A stretch of DNA of 64,000 bases, taken from contig JBHGNT010000006.1 of assembly GCA_043228905.1 (NCBI GenBank), positions 5,518,001-5,582,000 of the forward strand. The letters are read 5' to 3'. Below are positions 14,489 through 28,549 of the stretch, piece after piece. Below the pieces are notes generated by a model. The model did no database searches and was not told the DNA's origin. It was given only the letters and a program-made list of their open reading frames with translations. The stretch is from Azolla caroliniana (lineage: Eukaryota; Plantae; Polypodiophyta). A program made the position numbers and the translations under genes. Each line of letters opens with the position of its first letter. Position 1 is the first letter of the stretch.

Positions 14489-17024
14489 TCACTCATCAAC
14501 AGTTGATGTAGCAAGAGATGAAGCAGTTGTAGCCGTTATGATGGCATCTACCACATCTTGCTTTCCTCTACTCATAGCCTCGTCCAAAGGTGTTCTCTCG
14601 TACCTGCTACCATTGCTCAAAGTAAATTTCACAAGTTTTTAATTGAGAAAAAAATAAAAGGGTTTCTATTAGAGTTTCCAAGCAGCATAATTCCAAATGA
14701 AGCAATGCAATACAAAAAACACCAATGGCCTCACTAAAATCTAAGGGACATATCCATACATGTGGGTGTAGGAAAATGTGTTTTCTCTATTTAATGTAGA
14801 ATAAACACACATATATAGATGTATAGATTCTCCAAGGTTTTTCTTTTTGAACTCTCAGATTGTCAGCATCTTTCAGGATATAACATCAAATTCATATTAT
14901 TCAGTCAGTATCATCATTGAAATGATTAGGAATACCTTCTCCATTGATAACAATTGATATTATTTTCATTTTCGTTTAATCGATACTTTAAATCTTGTCA
15001 CCACAAAAGTTTGTTTTAAATCAATTTCATATCCACGTTACCGATTCAAAGCACTTGCATCAGCTCCTCTTGCAATCAATTCTTCACACACCTAATATGA
15101 CATCATCTCCAAGTTCAGGAAAAAAATGACAAGCTATCGTGCGAAAAAATGGAGCTACTTTTGATCAAACAATACAGACCTTAACTTGACCGTTTAAAGC
15201 TGCCCAATGGAGAGGCGTATTTTTCTCATCATTCTGAACATTGACATCCTGTGGAAACTAATAACAATAAATAAATGACGGAGTTGACAAATATATATAA
15301 AACAATAATGACAACACCATCTTAACTCACTAATAAGCCTAAAGTCTAAAATTTAGTTTATTACCGCTCCTCGATCAAGCAAATACCCTAAAACATCTAG
15401 ATGCCCATTTGCCGATGCCATGTGAAGAGCTGCAATTTGCAAGTCACATATATATTACTTAATTATATATGTACGAAATTATCTTTTATTTTTATAGCAT
15501 TTCAGCATAGATAAAAATTTTAATAATCAATAAAATAGGAACACAATAACCACCCACAAAGAAAGAAAGAAAAAGAAACGAAAACCCAGCTATAACTTAT
15601 GATTAATATAAAAGTTGAGCCTCAACATGCACAAAGCTCCATGATGCTCAATTTAAGTGATAAATCCAAAGGGTTTCTTAGAAAATGCAGAGCTCATCAG
15701 ACTCATGATAGAAAAAAGTTTGAAAAAATCTCAAGGAAGTTTCTTGTTGATACTGCAAACAAATAAATGTGCACGATAGAACACTGAAAATTAACCATAG
15801 CATTTTAGAAAAATGCAGGATCCAGACAAAAATTGAATAGATCAGAAAATATGCTGCAGCACCATTTTTTCTCAAAGAGGCCAAATGTATTTCCCTTGTC
15901 TTAATTTCATCTATTTTTTAGAAGGGACAAATGTGAAGTAATGAATGAAAAACGCATAAACAGTTGCACATACATGATCCAATTTGATAGCCAACATATA
16001 TTGCATTCTGCTTTGAGAAACAAATAGAAGACAATGAATAACAGCATGGTGAATTGTCAAAGTAATCACTTTTAGCAAAAAAACACATAAAAAAGTTAGA
16101 TGGCAGGGAAGAAAGAAATATTTTCAAGCACACTCAATTCATTAAGACTGAAAAGCTATTAGTAAATGATAATAAATAAAAACATTTTACCTGTTCTTCC
16201 ATGCATGTCATGGCGATCAAGAAGAGGCCCATATTGTACCAAAATCTCCTTAACCTCATCGATATCCCCATACCTAGCTGCCTAAACTCCAAGAAATCCA
16301 AAGACTTGGATGACAAAAAGAATTTACCACATGTGAAACTATGCTATATGTGAAATACAGGTTGGTCTCTGAGGGAGATGCAAAAAAGAGAATTGAGCTA
16401 TCATGGCATACAATCAATTTGAGTGTGTAATGAGCAGATATAGATACACAAAATCAACTTTCTCTTTCAAATGGCTGACATTAATGCCTGGAAACTCTCT
16501 CTCATAAATGTCTACCAATGAATGCAAGACATTGTCTGGGATACAGGTGCAGACCTTAGGCATTTCGGATTGATGCCCACATCAGACGGTTAGGGATGCT
16601 CTTGGATAATGCTGCTCCTTATATCACACATATCGTTTGATAGTCTTGTTCAGTACTAGGGGCACCTGATGCGGTTTATTGATTTGTAGCTAACAGCTCT
16701 AGTTTTAGTTTACAATCAATTCAACGAACTGTGTCTTCATTATGTATGACATATGAGGTGACATTATGATGGCCTCCAGAAAGAGGCCAGCATATGCGTA
16801 ACATCTTCAGAACGTCCATCCTGGATGTCTATCTCCTACTTGTGTATGCTTCACAGAATCTGAGAGTGAGAATCTCTTGTGTTTATGTTTATGGTGATGG
16901 AGAGAGACAGAGAGACAGAGAGAGTTGGCCTTACCTCCACGAGTGAATCAACCATGGGGTCTGCTTCATGTCCAATTATCTCCACAGTTTCTGTGTCTTC
17001 TTCAGAACAGTTTGGCACTGCCAT
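14489..17024 (-). CDS. Small ankyrin-repeat protein, YAR1-like (6 exons, ~159 aa)
   Basis: Exons 17024-16935, 16281-16191, 15429-15365, 15248-15180, 15091-15042, 14603-14489. Translation includes LVEAARYGDIDEV..GRTALHMASANGHLDVLGYLLDRGADVNVQNDEKNTPLHWAALNGQVKV..YERTPLDEA. Confidence 0.9.
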
Positions 17025-17871
17025 ATCTTTGCCTCTCTCACTCTGTTTCTTCTATACAATCAAATGCTCTGTTTATTTGTATTGTCTGCTTCTAATCGTG
17101 TTCTTAATACAAAAGCCAATTAGAGATAAATGATTAGAATGGAGACCCAATGAATTTAATTCATTCAAATATCCTCAAGAGTATTGGGGAGGGGTATATA
17201 TAATCATTTGGAAAAGGAGTGGGGACCCCCCAATGGAAATCGATTCATCGAACGTTCCGAGAGTATCGACTCTAAACGACTCAATTAGGGTTTCAACTTC
17301 AACATGTATGTGAAAAGCACGGATCTACAAAAGCATTTCTAAACCCCATGGTCTTCAAGTTTACGTTGTTTGGTATCGTTCAACGATTGTCTCTTAATGT
17401 CATCTTATTTTCCCTTCGTGTTCATGTGCATCTGGAAATTTGGGGAAAGCATGTTTCTTCAGGATTAGGACACACAGAAAGAACTCGCTTAAAAAGTCAA
17501 AGTAGGTAGTGGTGTGTGTTCACACCACTTACACTCGATTTAGGAATACTTTCGAAAAACTAGACATACATACATTTGGTCAAGAAGTAAGGGTGACTTT
17601 ATCTCTTACAACTAGAGGTATGAACATAATAAACTTGTTAAACACATTGCCACGGATCTTGTAATAATCTTCCTCGTTGGAAGGGAATCCCCATCAAATC
17701 CTTGCGGGTGCTAATAAGGCATTAGATGTAGAGAGCACAAGTTGAAGCATTGCCTTTATCTAACATATAAAGACTTCAAACATCACTACCTATGTCAACG
17801 TTGTACATCGACACCTGTGCATAAATTCTAGTCTTGTTTTTAAGTACAATTGAGGCCATTACTTCACATCT

Positions 17872-18117
17872 AGACCATAGGTACAAATCTGGACCAATGG
17901 GCTCGTTAAGCTTGAGTTTGGTATATTTGTAGCACATTGCTCCATCACGCACGATGATCCTTTATAACTCTTCGAAAGATGGCTTTACTGATAAAGACCA
18001 TAGGTACAAATCTGGACCAATGGGCTCGTTAAGCTTGAGTTTGGTATATTTGTAGCACATTGCTCCATCACGCACGATGATCCTTTATAACTCTTCGAAA
18101 GATGGCTTTACTGATAA
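17872..18117. repeat. Perfect 123-bp tandem duplication between the divergent ankyrin and SPPL genes
   Basis: agaccataggtacaaatc...ctttactgataa at 17872-17994 and 17995-18117, identical by eye. Confidence 0.92.
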
Positions 18118-18742
18118 ACTTTCCGTAACCCGAAAGTTAGAAACAATACCATAGCCATCGAGACCATGGCAACAAACACATACGACTTGGTTTCCGAAAG
18201 ATCTAAAACGATGTGAAACAGAAAGTCTGGCATCATCATCGTGATGACCTTAAAGAGATGGCAAAGAAAGCCATGAGGCAATTGGGCGGGGGGCGAAACA
18301 GAGAACGAACGAGATGTGCAACTAGGAGCATAACAAACGTAAAAGATTGGATCGAGCGAAAGGAATTGGTAAAAGCCAGGCGGTCATTTGAAGAGGCCGA
18401 AATGGCCGGTCTATTATTACGACAAGACCAAATGAGAGAGAGAGATGGGCATTTGGGCAGGCATAATAAGAGGATTGTTTTGTTGATGACCTCTCTCTTT
18501 CTTTCTTTCTTCTTCTTCTTCTTCACTCGGACACATTTCATTTCCAGAGGGAAAAAAGAAAGAAAACTACACACAGCTGTTGTGGTGGGAAGGAAGAGAA
18601 AGAGAGAGAGAGAAGAAGAAGAAGAAGAAGAAGACCCAGAAAACTACACTCTGTTGGAAATCTGACATTTCTTAGCAGATCAGACCAGTATGTATTGTTA
18701 GGGTTCGCAGAGAGGAATCGGAAATAAAGAAGCATATCTATT

Positions 18743-18785
<43 letters not shown>

Positions 18786-18881
18786 TGAGTTGGATCGATC
18801 TCCTCGTCCGTGTTGTGTTGTTCTGTCTCCTTCCAACTCGCAAAAAAACATACATCTCCTGATTCTTCTTCGCCGTGTACC

Positions 18882-21710
18882 ATGGTCTTCCCTTCTCGAT
18901 TTATAGCCATCGCTCTCTCATTGACAATACTCCATTCCAATTTTTGGCTGCCTTGCTTCTGTGACGAGACATCTAGCGACGATGACCGGGTCCCCAAGCA
19001 GCCAGGGTGTGATAATGTGTTTCAACTGGTAAGGATTCTATGCCTCCAGCTTCTTGATTCCTACAACTATTACAATGAAAGTGACAAATACGATGGTCAT
19101 GGGGATGGCTATGATGTATATGGGTATGATTATCTTAAAGATGATGTAGAGTTTAGCAATACTGAGGATGAATTACAAGGGTAATTTAGCACCATATAGT
19201 ACTCAATGGCATGCATGATTGGTGGGCATGAATTGTTAGCAAGAATGAAGACGTTATCGACAATCTAGCAAATGTTTGGTACTCAATAGATGTTGGTCGT
19301 GGGAAGTTTAGCAACAATTAGAACTGAATATAGGAACACCATTTGTAATTTAGCAAGGCAGATGGTGAAGGATATGGAATACTTATTGACATTTAGAACT
19401 GAATAGATCAGAATTGATGATGGGTACACATAATTTAGCAACCAATAAATTTCTGAAGTAGATAATTTGGACAAGAATGACGATGGTCATGGATAGTTTT
19501 GACCATAACTGATAATTCAGCAACATTTTATACTCAATAAACGAGGAAGATTGATGAGGAGAATAGTTGAGTTAAAGCATGAGATAGTTTAACAAGATTG
19601 GTGATGGGCGTGAATAATTTAGATACAATTAATGCTCAAATAAATCATGGGTATGGATACTTCAGCAAGGTTGGTGATGGATATGTAGAATTTAGGGACA
19701 ACTGATACTCAAATAGGTCATGGGTATGGATACTTGAGCAAGATTGATGATCGATATAGATAATTAGCAATATTTACTACTCAATGGAAGACAAAAATGC
19801 ATAGTTTTGAGCACCATTTGAATGGACATGGAATTTTCAGGTGAAAGTTAGGTACTCAATAGATGGAGGAGATTCTGAAGAGCTGGTAGGATTAAGCGCA
19901 AGGTTTGGAAGCCTTTTACCTACAAAAGATGAACAAGCTTTAACAGGACCGTTGACTCTTGCGGAACCTTTCAATAGCTGTTCTAATTACACTTCTCAGG
20001 TTGTTTCTACTTTCTACTGCGTATTTATTTACATTCCTTTTGAATTGGCATCATTGAGTTATTGAATCACCTTTTAGAATCTCAGTTGACAGGAGATATG
20101 GTTTTAACAACTCGTGGAAATTGCACGTTCACAACAAAAGCTAGGGAGGCTCAAAGTGCAGGAGCAAAGGCGCTTCTTGTCATAAATGACGAGGAAGGTA
20201 AGTAGTGACAGAAAGTACTATAGTTATGTCATAGTATTTTGGGCAAAACATCAAGATACATCTAATTTTTAAAAAATAATCAGAATGTCTCTATATAGCA
20301 ATGATTTTGTGCTTGGGTTGTTATCCTGGTAATTCTTGGGAATACCTAACAACTACATGTTAGGGGTATTTTGATGGTTTTCCTACACTTTTCATTGTGT
20401 AAATGCCTCACGGTATTTTTTTTTCTTTCCCTTTACAGAACTTTACAAAATGGTGTGTTCAGAATCTGGTGTCTATACTGACATAGATATCCCATCTGTG
20501 CTTCTGCCCAAAACTGCAGGGGAAAGTCTCCGAGCTGCTTTAGCTTCTGGATCAACAGGTTTATATCCTAGGGCCCTATTTCTTATTCTTTGATGAAATT
20601 ATAATGCCTTAGCAAAGTACTTACTACAGAGAATTTCTGTTACTAGGAACTAGTCACAAGTAGATAATTGTATATTTCTAAGTGTCATGCCAAAACTACA
20701 AACTTAATAACAGCATAGCTCTCTATGAAACATATTAGATTGTATTCTTTAAGAGAGATTACTATGGTCTTGCTACTCTTATGGGCATAAGGAATCACAA
20801 TGTCTATATCTTGCATTCTAGTGGTTCACTTGACTGTCTGCCACCATATTTGATGTAAAACGGAACTAGAAAATATTATTAAGGTTACCACAAGGGAATT
20901 TTTTCTAATATACGAAAATTTAAAGCATCCTATGACTGTAGGGATATTGTTGACTGACTTCTGTAATGAGGTTAATATCTTAATTAAGGGAATTTATACA
21001 TTCAATCTATCCAGAAATCTTAGAATGGTTAACTATTTGAAGTTGAATTATTTTTTAATTGTTACTTCTTCTCATTTCTCTCCAAATAGTATTATGGCTT
21101 CCCATAACTGCTATGGTAGTTCCAACTTTCTAAATGAACAGAGGCAGATATGGATGGTCTAGCATGATCAAATGTATTAACACCTATCATGATGATTGGT
21201 CTGTATGTTGTTTTGCCATAATTTAGCTAATAACCCAGACTGTCCCTTCTGAATATGATCTCATTATTTTTTGGTTACAATTATAAAGGGAGGCTGGTTT
21301 TGTTATACGATGGTTAAGATCATAATGCCTTCGTTTTAGCCTTGGAGTGTTTGACATCTATAGTGATTTAAATGAATGCGGTGTTTTCTGGGCTTTGACA
21401 TGCTAAGGCTGTAAAAAAGGAAGTGTATAATTAATAGTCCCAGCATGGATAATTCCTGCAATGACTGAAGATCAAGCATGTGGATTCTGGAATCTTCTAG
21501 ACTTTTTTTTTCTTGTTTGGAAGGGTTCTAATCCATAAACTTGTCATAAATAAATATGCCCCTCATTTAAGCAACCTTTTAAAGTATACAAATCACACTT
21601 TTCAATGTGAAATTGACACATGTTAAACCTGTTCTAATTCAAATTGTATTATGCCATGCATGATATGTTATCCGCGAGTACTAAAAATATACAAAGTATA
21701 GGTCCTCGGC

Positions 21711-21761
<51 letters not shown>

Positions 21762-21895
21762 GTATATATAATATCAGACCTTGACTCCATGAATGATTCA
21801 AAAAGTGAGAAAGAAAGAGAAATTTTGATGTTTACAAATCATAAGAGAAAGAAAGGTGAGTAAAACTCATGAGTTTGATGATGACCAGCGGTGCT

Positions 21896-21930
<35 letters not shown>

Positions 21931-24538
21931 AGGGGTCCTTTTATGAGAGTTAGAGATTCGGCAAATGTTTTGGCACTATCATTTATGTATTGTTATTTGA
22001 TTTTCTCTTGCTTTGTGGTTCAAGTTTGAACAGCACTCATTTTGTTCTTTCTCTGTAGATAACCTTCAGTAGTATGTATTTGTGTGAGCTTTCAACATTT
22101 CTTATATTACATATGATAGTTTATTATGTTATATAGCTTTTCCCCTGCTTCTAGAATGTAATCACGTTCTAGGATGTAAGCATATATAGGATGTTACTAC
22201 TTTTCTGTACTTCTACACGTTCTATAGATGCAAAGTGTAGATTATTATTATTATTTAAGGTATGGCTGTATCATCTTAAATTTACATGGACATAGGCACA
22301 AGTGTAAATCACTAAACGTTCCCGATCAATGGATCTATCCCATTTCTTGAAAATGCATTTAGAGTTTTTTAACATCTGAAGAAATTCTCTGCAGTTGAGT
22401 TGAAGAATAACAATTTCTGCACTATAATTCCTGTCATGCATATGAAGTTCTGAATCTGTTAAACTTTATCTGGCAGTGCAAGTATCACTTGTCTCACCAA
22501 ATCGACCTTTCTGGGATTTTGCCGAACTATTTCTGTGGATTATGGCAGTAAGCACCATAGGATGTGCTTCATACTGGTCTGCAGAGTCGGCTAAACAGGA
22601 AGTCAATGAACGTTACAGAGAGCTAGATGAAAAAGTAAAGTGGACTGAAGTTTGGATTGAGTAAATTGAAGAATTGGAAATAGGCATTTTTAGATTGTGA
22701 TTAATTATTTTTTGCAAACTTTACTTGTTTTCCAGGAGTCACCTTTTGATATGGAGCTTGAGAAGATGAAAGAAGACGAGGATTCTGTGAACATAAGCAT
22801 GACTGCTGCAGCCTTCTTTGTTCTATTTGCCTCGGCATTTCTGTTGTTGCTGTATTTTTTCTTGTCTGAGTGGACGATATGGATTCTGGTGGTGATCTTC
22901 TGTATTGCTGGTGTTGAGGTAGGGCTCCTTCGTTTGTGTATTCTTATTTGTTAGGCAGTTGATAAAAAAGCAATCCTTTCTTCAGTTCTCAGGTAATAGA
23001 ATTGGAAATAACTAAGATGACTTGTGTTTGTGTTTTGATAGTTTTATTGATTTATATTCTTTCTAATATGCAGGGTCTACAACATTGTTCAGTCGCCTTG
23101 CTATCAAGGTACATTAGGAACATAAATACAACCAATAAGGACAATGACTTCTGAACAGAATAAAAAGCAATTGCCAAAATTGTTTGCATGCAGATGTTTC
23201 AAAAAATTGGGGCAAAGATATGTTATGGTTCCATGTTTCGGAGATATTTCAGTTATTGGTCTCATTGTTTTACCATTTTGCATAACGATGGCACTGTGGT
23301 GGGCTTTACATCGGCAAGAGTTTTACGCATGGACTATCCAAGATATATTTGTGAGGAAAAAATTCAAAGTTCTTATCATATGGATTCTGCATGATTACTG
23401 TGGCATTGATCTATCTGATTTTCTTTCGTAGGGTATTGCCTTTATGATTACAGTCCTTCAGATGATTCGGCTACCTGAAATTAAGGTGTTGTGGCATAAT
23501 ATAACTCATTGATTGTTTAATCCCTTGAAAGTGCTAATTTAGTTTTTTTTTGCTTCCATGTTATTGCTTTTTGATTGTCTAGGTTGCAACGGTGCTGTTG
23601 AGTTGTGCATTCTTTTATGACATCTTCTGGGTCTTCATCTCTCCTCTTATTTTCCATGAGAGTGTGATGGTTGTGGTATGTAATGACATTTCCTTGTACT
23701 CATACAATTGATATTACAGTATCATATAGTTGTGGGGGTAAGATATTTATTATGAATGATGGCTTTCCCTGTATATACCCTTAAATGATCCTATAAAGCG
23801 TTGATGCTTAATGTTGACAGGTGGCAAGAGGTGATAAGAGCGGTGAGGGAATTCCTATGCTTTTGAAAATCCCTCGTCTTTCAGATCCTTGGGGTGGTGA
23901 GAGCATGATAGGATTCGGAGACATCATTCTACCAGGGCTTCTCATCTCTTATTGTTTGAGGTTTGTCTTGTTTTACTCTGTTTTTGTCATGTCTAAATTT
24001 GTGATGTAAGAAAATTTGTCATCAAAAGCTATACATACAGGTATGACAATGCTACCAAGAAGAGCATAGTTGGAGGGTACTTTTTATACTCTTTCATCGG
24101 TTATGGTGTCGGTGAGTGTAACTTCTATGTGCGACAAGATCTTTGTGTGTGACTTCTATATGGAGAAAATTACTGATCAGATATCAGTATTTACTGATCC
24201 TTGTATCACTTTGCAGGTCTACTAATAACAGATATCAGTTTGGTTTTGATGAATGGACATGGTCAACCAGCTCTGCTATATTTGGTTCCTTGCACTCTTG
24301 GTACAAACAATTTCACTAGTAGTTATTGTTGTTCAAGTGGTATTGTGGTGGCTATAAATTGCAATCGATGATGTGATTTGAAGAATCATCCTCAAATTGC
24401 TGTTGTTTTTATGATGTTGGTATGCTAGGTGTTGTCATCCTTCTAGCGTTGTACAGAGGAGAGTTGAATGTCATGTGGAAAGCAACGAAGCAGAGAGAGG
24501 GAGAAGTTGCAAGGAATGATCCAATTGATTCCATCTAA
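18882..24538 (+). CDS. SPPL: Signal peptide peptidase-like GxGD aspartyl protease with PA domain (14 exons)
   Basis: Exons 18882-19028, 19841-19999, 20086-20197, 20439-20558, 22477-22634, 22736-22918, 23074-23108, 23194-23350, 23432-23485, 23583-23675, 23821-23960, 24041-24111, 24217-24300, 24429-24538, all phase-consistent. Signal peptide, PA domain ([10 protein letters not shown]), and catalytic [16 protein letters not shown] and QPALLYLVP motifs. Confidence 0.95.
19090..19820. repeat. Degenerate minisatellite filling SPPL intron 1
   Basis: About a dozen tttagcaa-like and six tactcaa-like motifs, recurring at ~30-45 bp spacing with gatgg(t)catgggtatgga-like linkers. Confidence 0.65.
21714..21772. 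repeat. (AT)n microsatellite in SPPL intron 4
   Basis: Direct reading. Confidence 0.9.
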
Positions 24539-25821
24539 GCATATTTTCTCATCACTCCTTAATAAGAGAAGTGCAATAGAAGTTAACTGTTCTTGCATGT
24601 GGTAAAAATGTCTTTGAAGAGCATCACATTGGAAAGCATTGCCTATATAATGCCTTCAGAGTAAAATATAATCATATCGAAGGCGACCGTGGAATTTGCC
24701 TTTTCAAGGGCTCTAATCCTTATGTATGTATGTACGTATATGTGGCTTCAAGAGCCACTTCATTATATGTTTCATCTGGATCTTAGGTCTACAATTTGAT
24801 CAAATGTCCTCCATTGATCGGTTATTCAGACACTTAAAACCATTGTATATGCAATATTTTCCCTTCTAAGGATATGGGAGGCTTATTAAATGAGCTTTTC
24901 TCTAAGGTACACAGTGTTTTGCCCTGACTGTATTGATAAGTGCAAATAATTGTGTATGTAGTATATGAAGTAAGGTTGTGTATTGACCTTTAATTCGATA
25001 TAGAAGCCTTAAAAAAAAACTAAAAAGAACTAAAGAGTGGGTGCTTGTGATATTATTGTGAGAAAGTTATATGTGTTACTGGTCTATTGGTGGAGCTTGT
25101 TTCATTTAGTTGTTAAAACAACATGCACCACCTACTACATTCTCAGTAGCGCTATCATCATCTTCAAGTGTTACCCTTTCTATGCTGAAATTGTGAATTT
25201 CGGTTAGGTATTATTGTTTTGCCTTCGTGATGAATCTTTGAGCCTCCAATCACTCAGTGATCTATCTTCTCATGCTACCTCTAACATGTCAAATAGCTAT
25301 TAAAATGTGATGGCAAAAGGGCTAAACCGAAGTTCTCAAAATTAGGTAATTTCTTAATTAACTTCTGAAAACACAAGAAATTGATGTCAACAACTACATA
25401 AAAACCAATTGCACTCATTGAGGATTTGATCTTCTAGTTTAAGGTGAGTGTCAAGGCTTCATGATAGTGAGAGAAAGAGAAAGAAAAGACAAAGGCTCAA
25501 GCTTAAGATGATAAGTGACGAAAAACGTCAAATTTGCCCATAGAAGTGACATGTACAATCTTTTATTTGTAGTGGACACAAGGCCTTGGTCTCTTTATTT
25601 TCCCTATAACTCCTTTGCCTTGCACCTATACTTATCCCTTAAGTACCAATGGTAATGGCAATGTCATTGGAAACACATGCAAAGTGAAGAGTACGATAGG
25701 TACTTACAATGTATTAAAAGTTATTTTTTTAATCTTTTTGATACTTATGGTTATTATTCGAATAAAAAAACTTAAGTATGAGGTAAGTAGCTTCTAGATC
25801 AAATTTTGAAAATAGTAAAAT

Positions 25822-25825
<4 letters not shown>

Positions 25826-25870
<45 letters not shown>
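25826..25870. repeat. (CT)n microsatellite
   Basis: Direct reading. Confidence 0.9.
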
Positions 25871-25874
<4 letters not shown>

Positions 25875-26887
25875 GGGGTAGTGTTGATATTTCTAAAAAT
25901 ACAAAGGGTTTATATTTAGGCCATGCTTAATTTAAAGGTATACCATACAATGACATGCACTATGAGTTCTAAAGGTATTCTAACTTTTTTACCTCAATTC
26001 TCAAGAGGCGATAATCACTAGAACCTTCTTTCTAACCATACAACCTCTCGTTTACTAATTCCATGTGATGAATCTTGTTGTTCATTGTGTCCTTTACTAA
26101 TTCATCGGTATCACGCTACTAATATTTCATAACCAACAAGACATTACATAGGTAGTCACAGTAAAAAATATTACCTTTACATGACATAAGAGACTCTAGT
26201 AGAAGTCACACAAACGGATGGTTTTCAATTAACCAAAGCTAAAAACGATATGGTGGCAAAGCCTGGAGTTTCGTAATGTTTAGGATGTGGGGTGTTGGGT
26301 AATGATGTGGTGTTAATTATAGAACTCTTCATTAATTTAGATTGAGAGATCATGGAAAGTGAAAAGTTTGTTCCTAAAACAACAACTTTACACCATTAAA
26401 AAAATACTCATTTTCAAACAATACACAAAGTGGAAACAATACCATTCCCTCTGAAGGTTGGCCTTAAGAAACATTTTTTTTGGGACCAATAATTATATTG
26501 CATGTTCAGTAGGCCCCAAAAACTTGGACAATATTCCGATTAAAACCAATGTTAATAAATCACGAAGAGAGTCTTGAGAACATTAATTATATTGCCCTTT
26601 GGCAAGCCCGAAAACTCTCAAGGAATTTGAGTTACATATAAAATGTACCTATACATTCTTCTTTGTTACTATAAATAGACTTATGGTTATTTGTACATAA
26701 AAATTTTCAACAATAACTTGGTGTAATATCAAGGGAAATTAAAGTTTTGGTGGAACTCCATCAATAACCACATATATCTCATCAATGTTGAAGTAGTGAT
26801 ATTTTAACATGTTTAGTGTCTTATCTTGCCTTCTCACACACAAAGTAATCACATATGAGTGTTCACATGGAGATGAGTAAATGATAA

Positions 26888-26908
26888 ACTTAACTAGGGG
26901 TCAAGGAC

Positions 26909-26940
<32 letters not shown>

Positions 26941-27184
26941 CAAGAAGATGTCATAAACACAAATAAGATGTGAATTTGATGAGGGGCAAAATATACAATT
27001 CCCCATGGTCACGAGAACTCAGTTTCATAAGAGAGTAGAATAAAAGGAACTTGACTAGGGATCAAGGACCTCACACACACACATACAAGAACAACAAGAA
27101 GAGGTCATAAACACAAAGACGATGTGATTTTGATGAGGGAGCTAAAAAATACAATGCCCCTCTACAACACATGGCCACGAGAAC
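26888..27184. repeat. Diverged ~130-bp direct duplication containing (CA)n
   Basis: actt(a/g)actaggg..tcaaggacc(ca)n..caagaaga(t/g)gtcataaacacaaa..atgg(t/c)cacgagaac at 26888 and 27050. Confidence 0.75.
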
Positions 27185-28269
27185 AAACACACTAGCATAA
27201 TGTTTGCACGAATCAATCAACACACAAAGATACACACATATGTAAATGCATGTACACAAAAGTACACACACAACACAACTAGAAGTCGATTGAGAATGTA
27301 AAAATGAAATAAAGTCTTAATATACAAAAAACACCATTGAGAGGTAGTTAAAAAAACAATGGATGTTATTATTTTTGTGTGTGTGTGTATGGTATGCATT
27401 GCAAGAGTTAGTTTCGATTTATTACTATAGTAGTATGTGGTATGGATTGGAAGTGCGGGAAAAGGGGGAGATAAAGGAAGAAGGGAAGAGCAATGCGAAT
27501 ATTTGTTCATAGCAAATGATTGATGGAGGGAAGGCAACCAACCATGGAAGTCTTTTTCTTTTTTCTTTTTGTGGTGTAGGAGGTGCTCGAAAATGTGGGG
27601 GATGGATGAGAGAATGTTTCCCCATCATCGCCATCCTACCCTTTCTCTTTTCTTCACTTTTGTGGTATAGAAGGTGTGTGTGTCCGAAGAAATGAATGTG
27701 ATTAACAAGTGTGCACGTCCATGTGTGTTTGTAGGGCAGGGCAGGGCAGGGCAGGAGGGGTTGGGAATAGGGTTCTCGCAAGAGAAGGGATGGATATATG
27801 TATATGGATGGATGCGAAAGTTGGCCCCGCATGGTGTGTGGAGCAAAAGACGCGTGTTTGGGTCTGTCCAGGAAAAGAAGGGATTGGTGATGGCATGCGA
27901 AAGTTTTGAGCATTGCGTTCGAGGGTTTAGGGTTTGCGTGAGCATGCGAGTGCGTGTTTGTGTGGAAGGAGAGTGTGAAAGGAGATATGTAGTGTGAAAG
28001 CAGAGAGGAGAGGGTAAGAAAGAGGTAAGGTATGAGAGGTATGGCTTTTGGGATTGAGCAAGAAAGAAAGGAAGGAATGAGAGGTGGAGATGGATGAGGT
28101 GGGCTTCTCTCTCTCTCTCTCTCTCTCTGGACTGGCTGCCCCTTCTCCTGTTTCCTTATCTTCTTTCTTTCTTTCTACATGGGGCCCAAGAGACAAGAGC
28201 CACATTTTATTTTTTTGCATTAGATAAGCAAACAGACATAAATAAGGAAGAAAAGCAGGAAGAAGAAGA

Positions 28270-28275
<6 letters not shown>

Positions 28276-28347
<72 letters not shown>
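28276..28347. repeat. Long (GA)n microsatellite upstream of ferredoxin, followed by tttagggtt (telobox-like)
   Basis: Direct reading. Confidence 0.85.
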
Positions 28348-28349
<2 letters not shown>

Positions 28350-28549
28350 AGGGTTATCTGATCACCTATCTATTCCTCATATACAAACCACAAACTCTCT
28401 CACACACCCAACACATACTCTCCCTCATAAGCAAGCAAGCAAGCAAGCAAGAAGAAGCCAATTTTCCTTGAAGACAACACATACACATACAAGAGTATAT
28501 ATATATAATATATATATATATACATACATAGAGAGAGAGAGAGAGAGAG

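Noticed and set aside
16760-16865. C/D-box snoRNA-like atgatg...ctga in ankyrin intron 1
   Set aside because: Imperfect C box, on the strand opposite the host gene, with no terminal stem or recognisable rRNA guide.
18213-18855. ORFs of 105-150 aa upstream of SPPL
   Set aside because: Driven by GA/CT/GAA microsatellites and low complexity. No motifs or splice support.
27217-28351. Cluster of overlapping 64-162 aa ORFs upstream of ferredoxin
   Set aside because: Simple-repeat-rich promoter-like sequence with no protein family signal.
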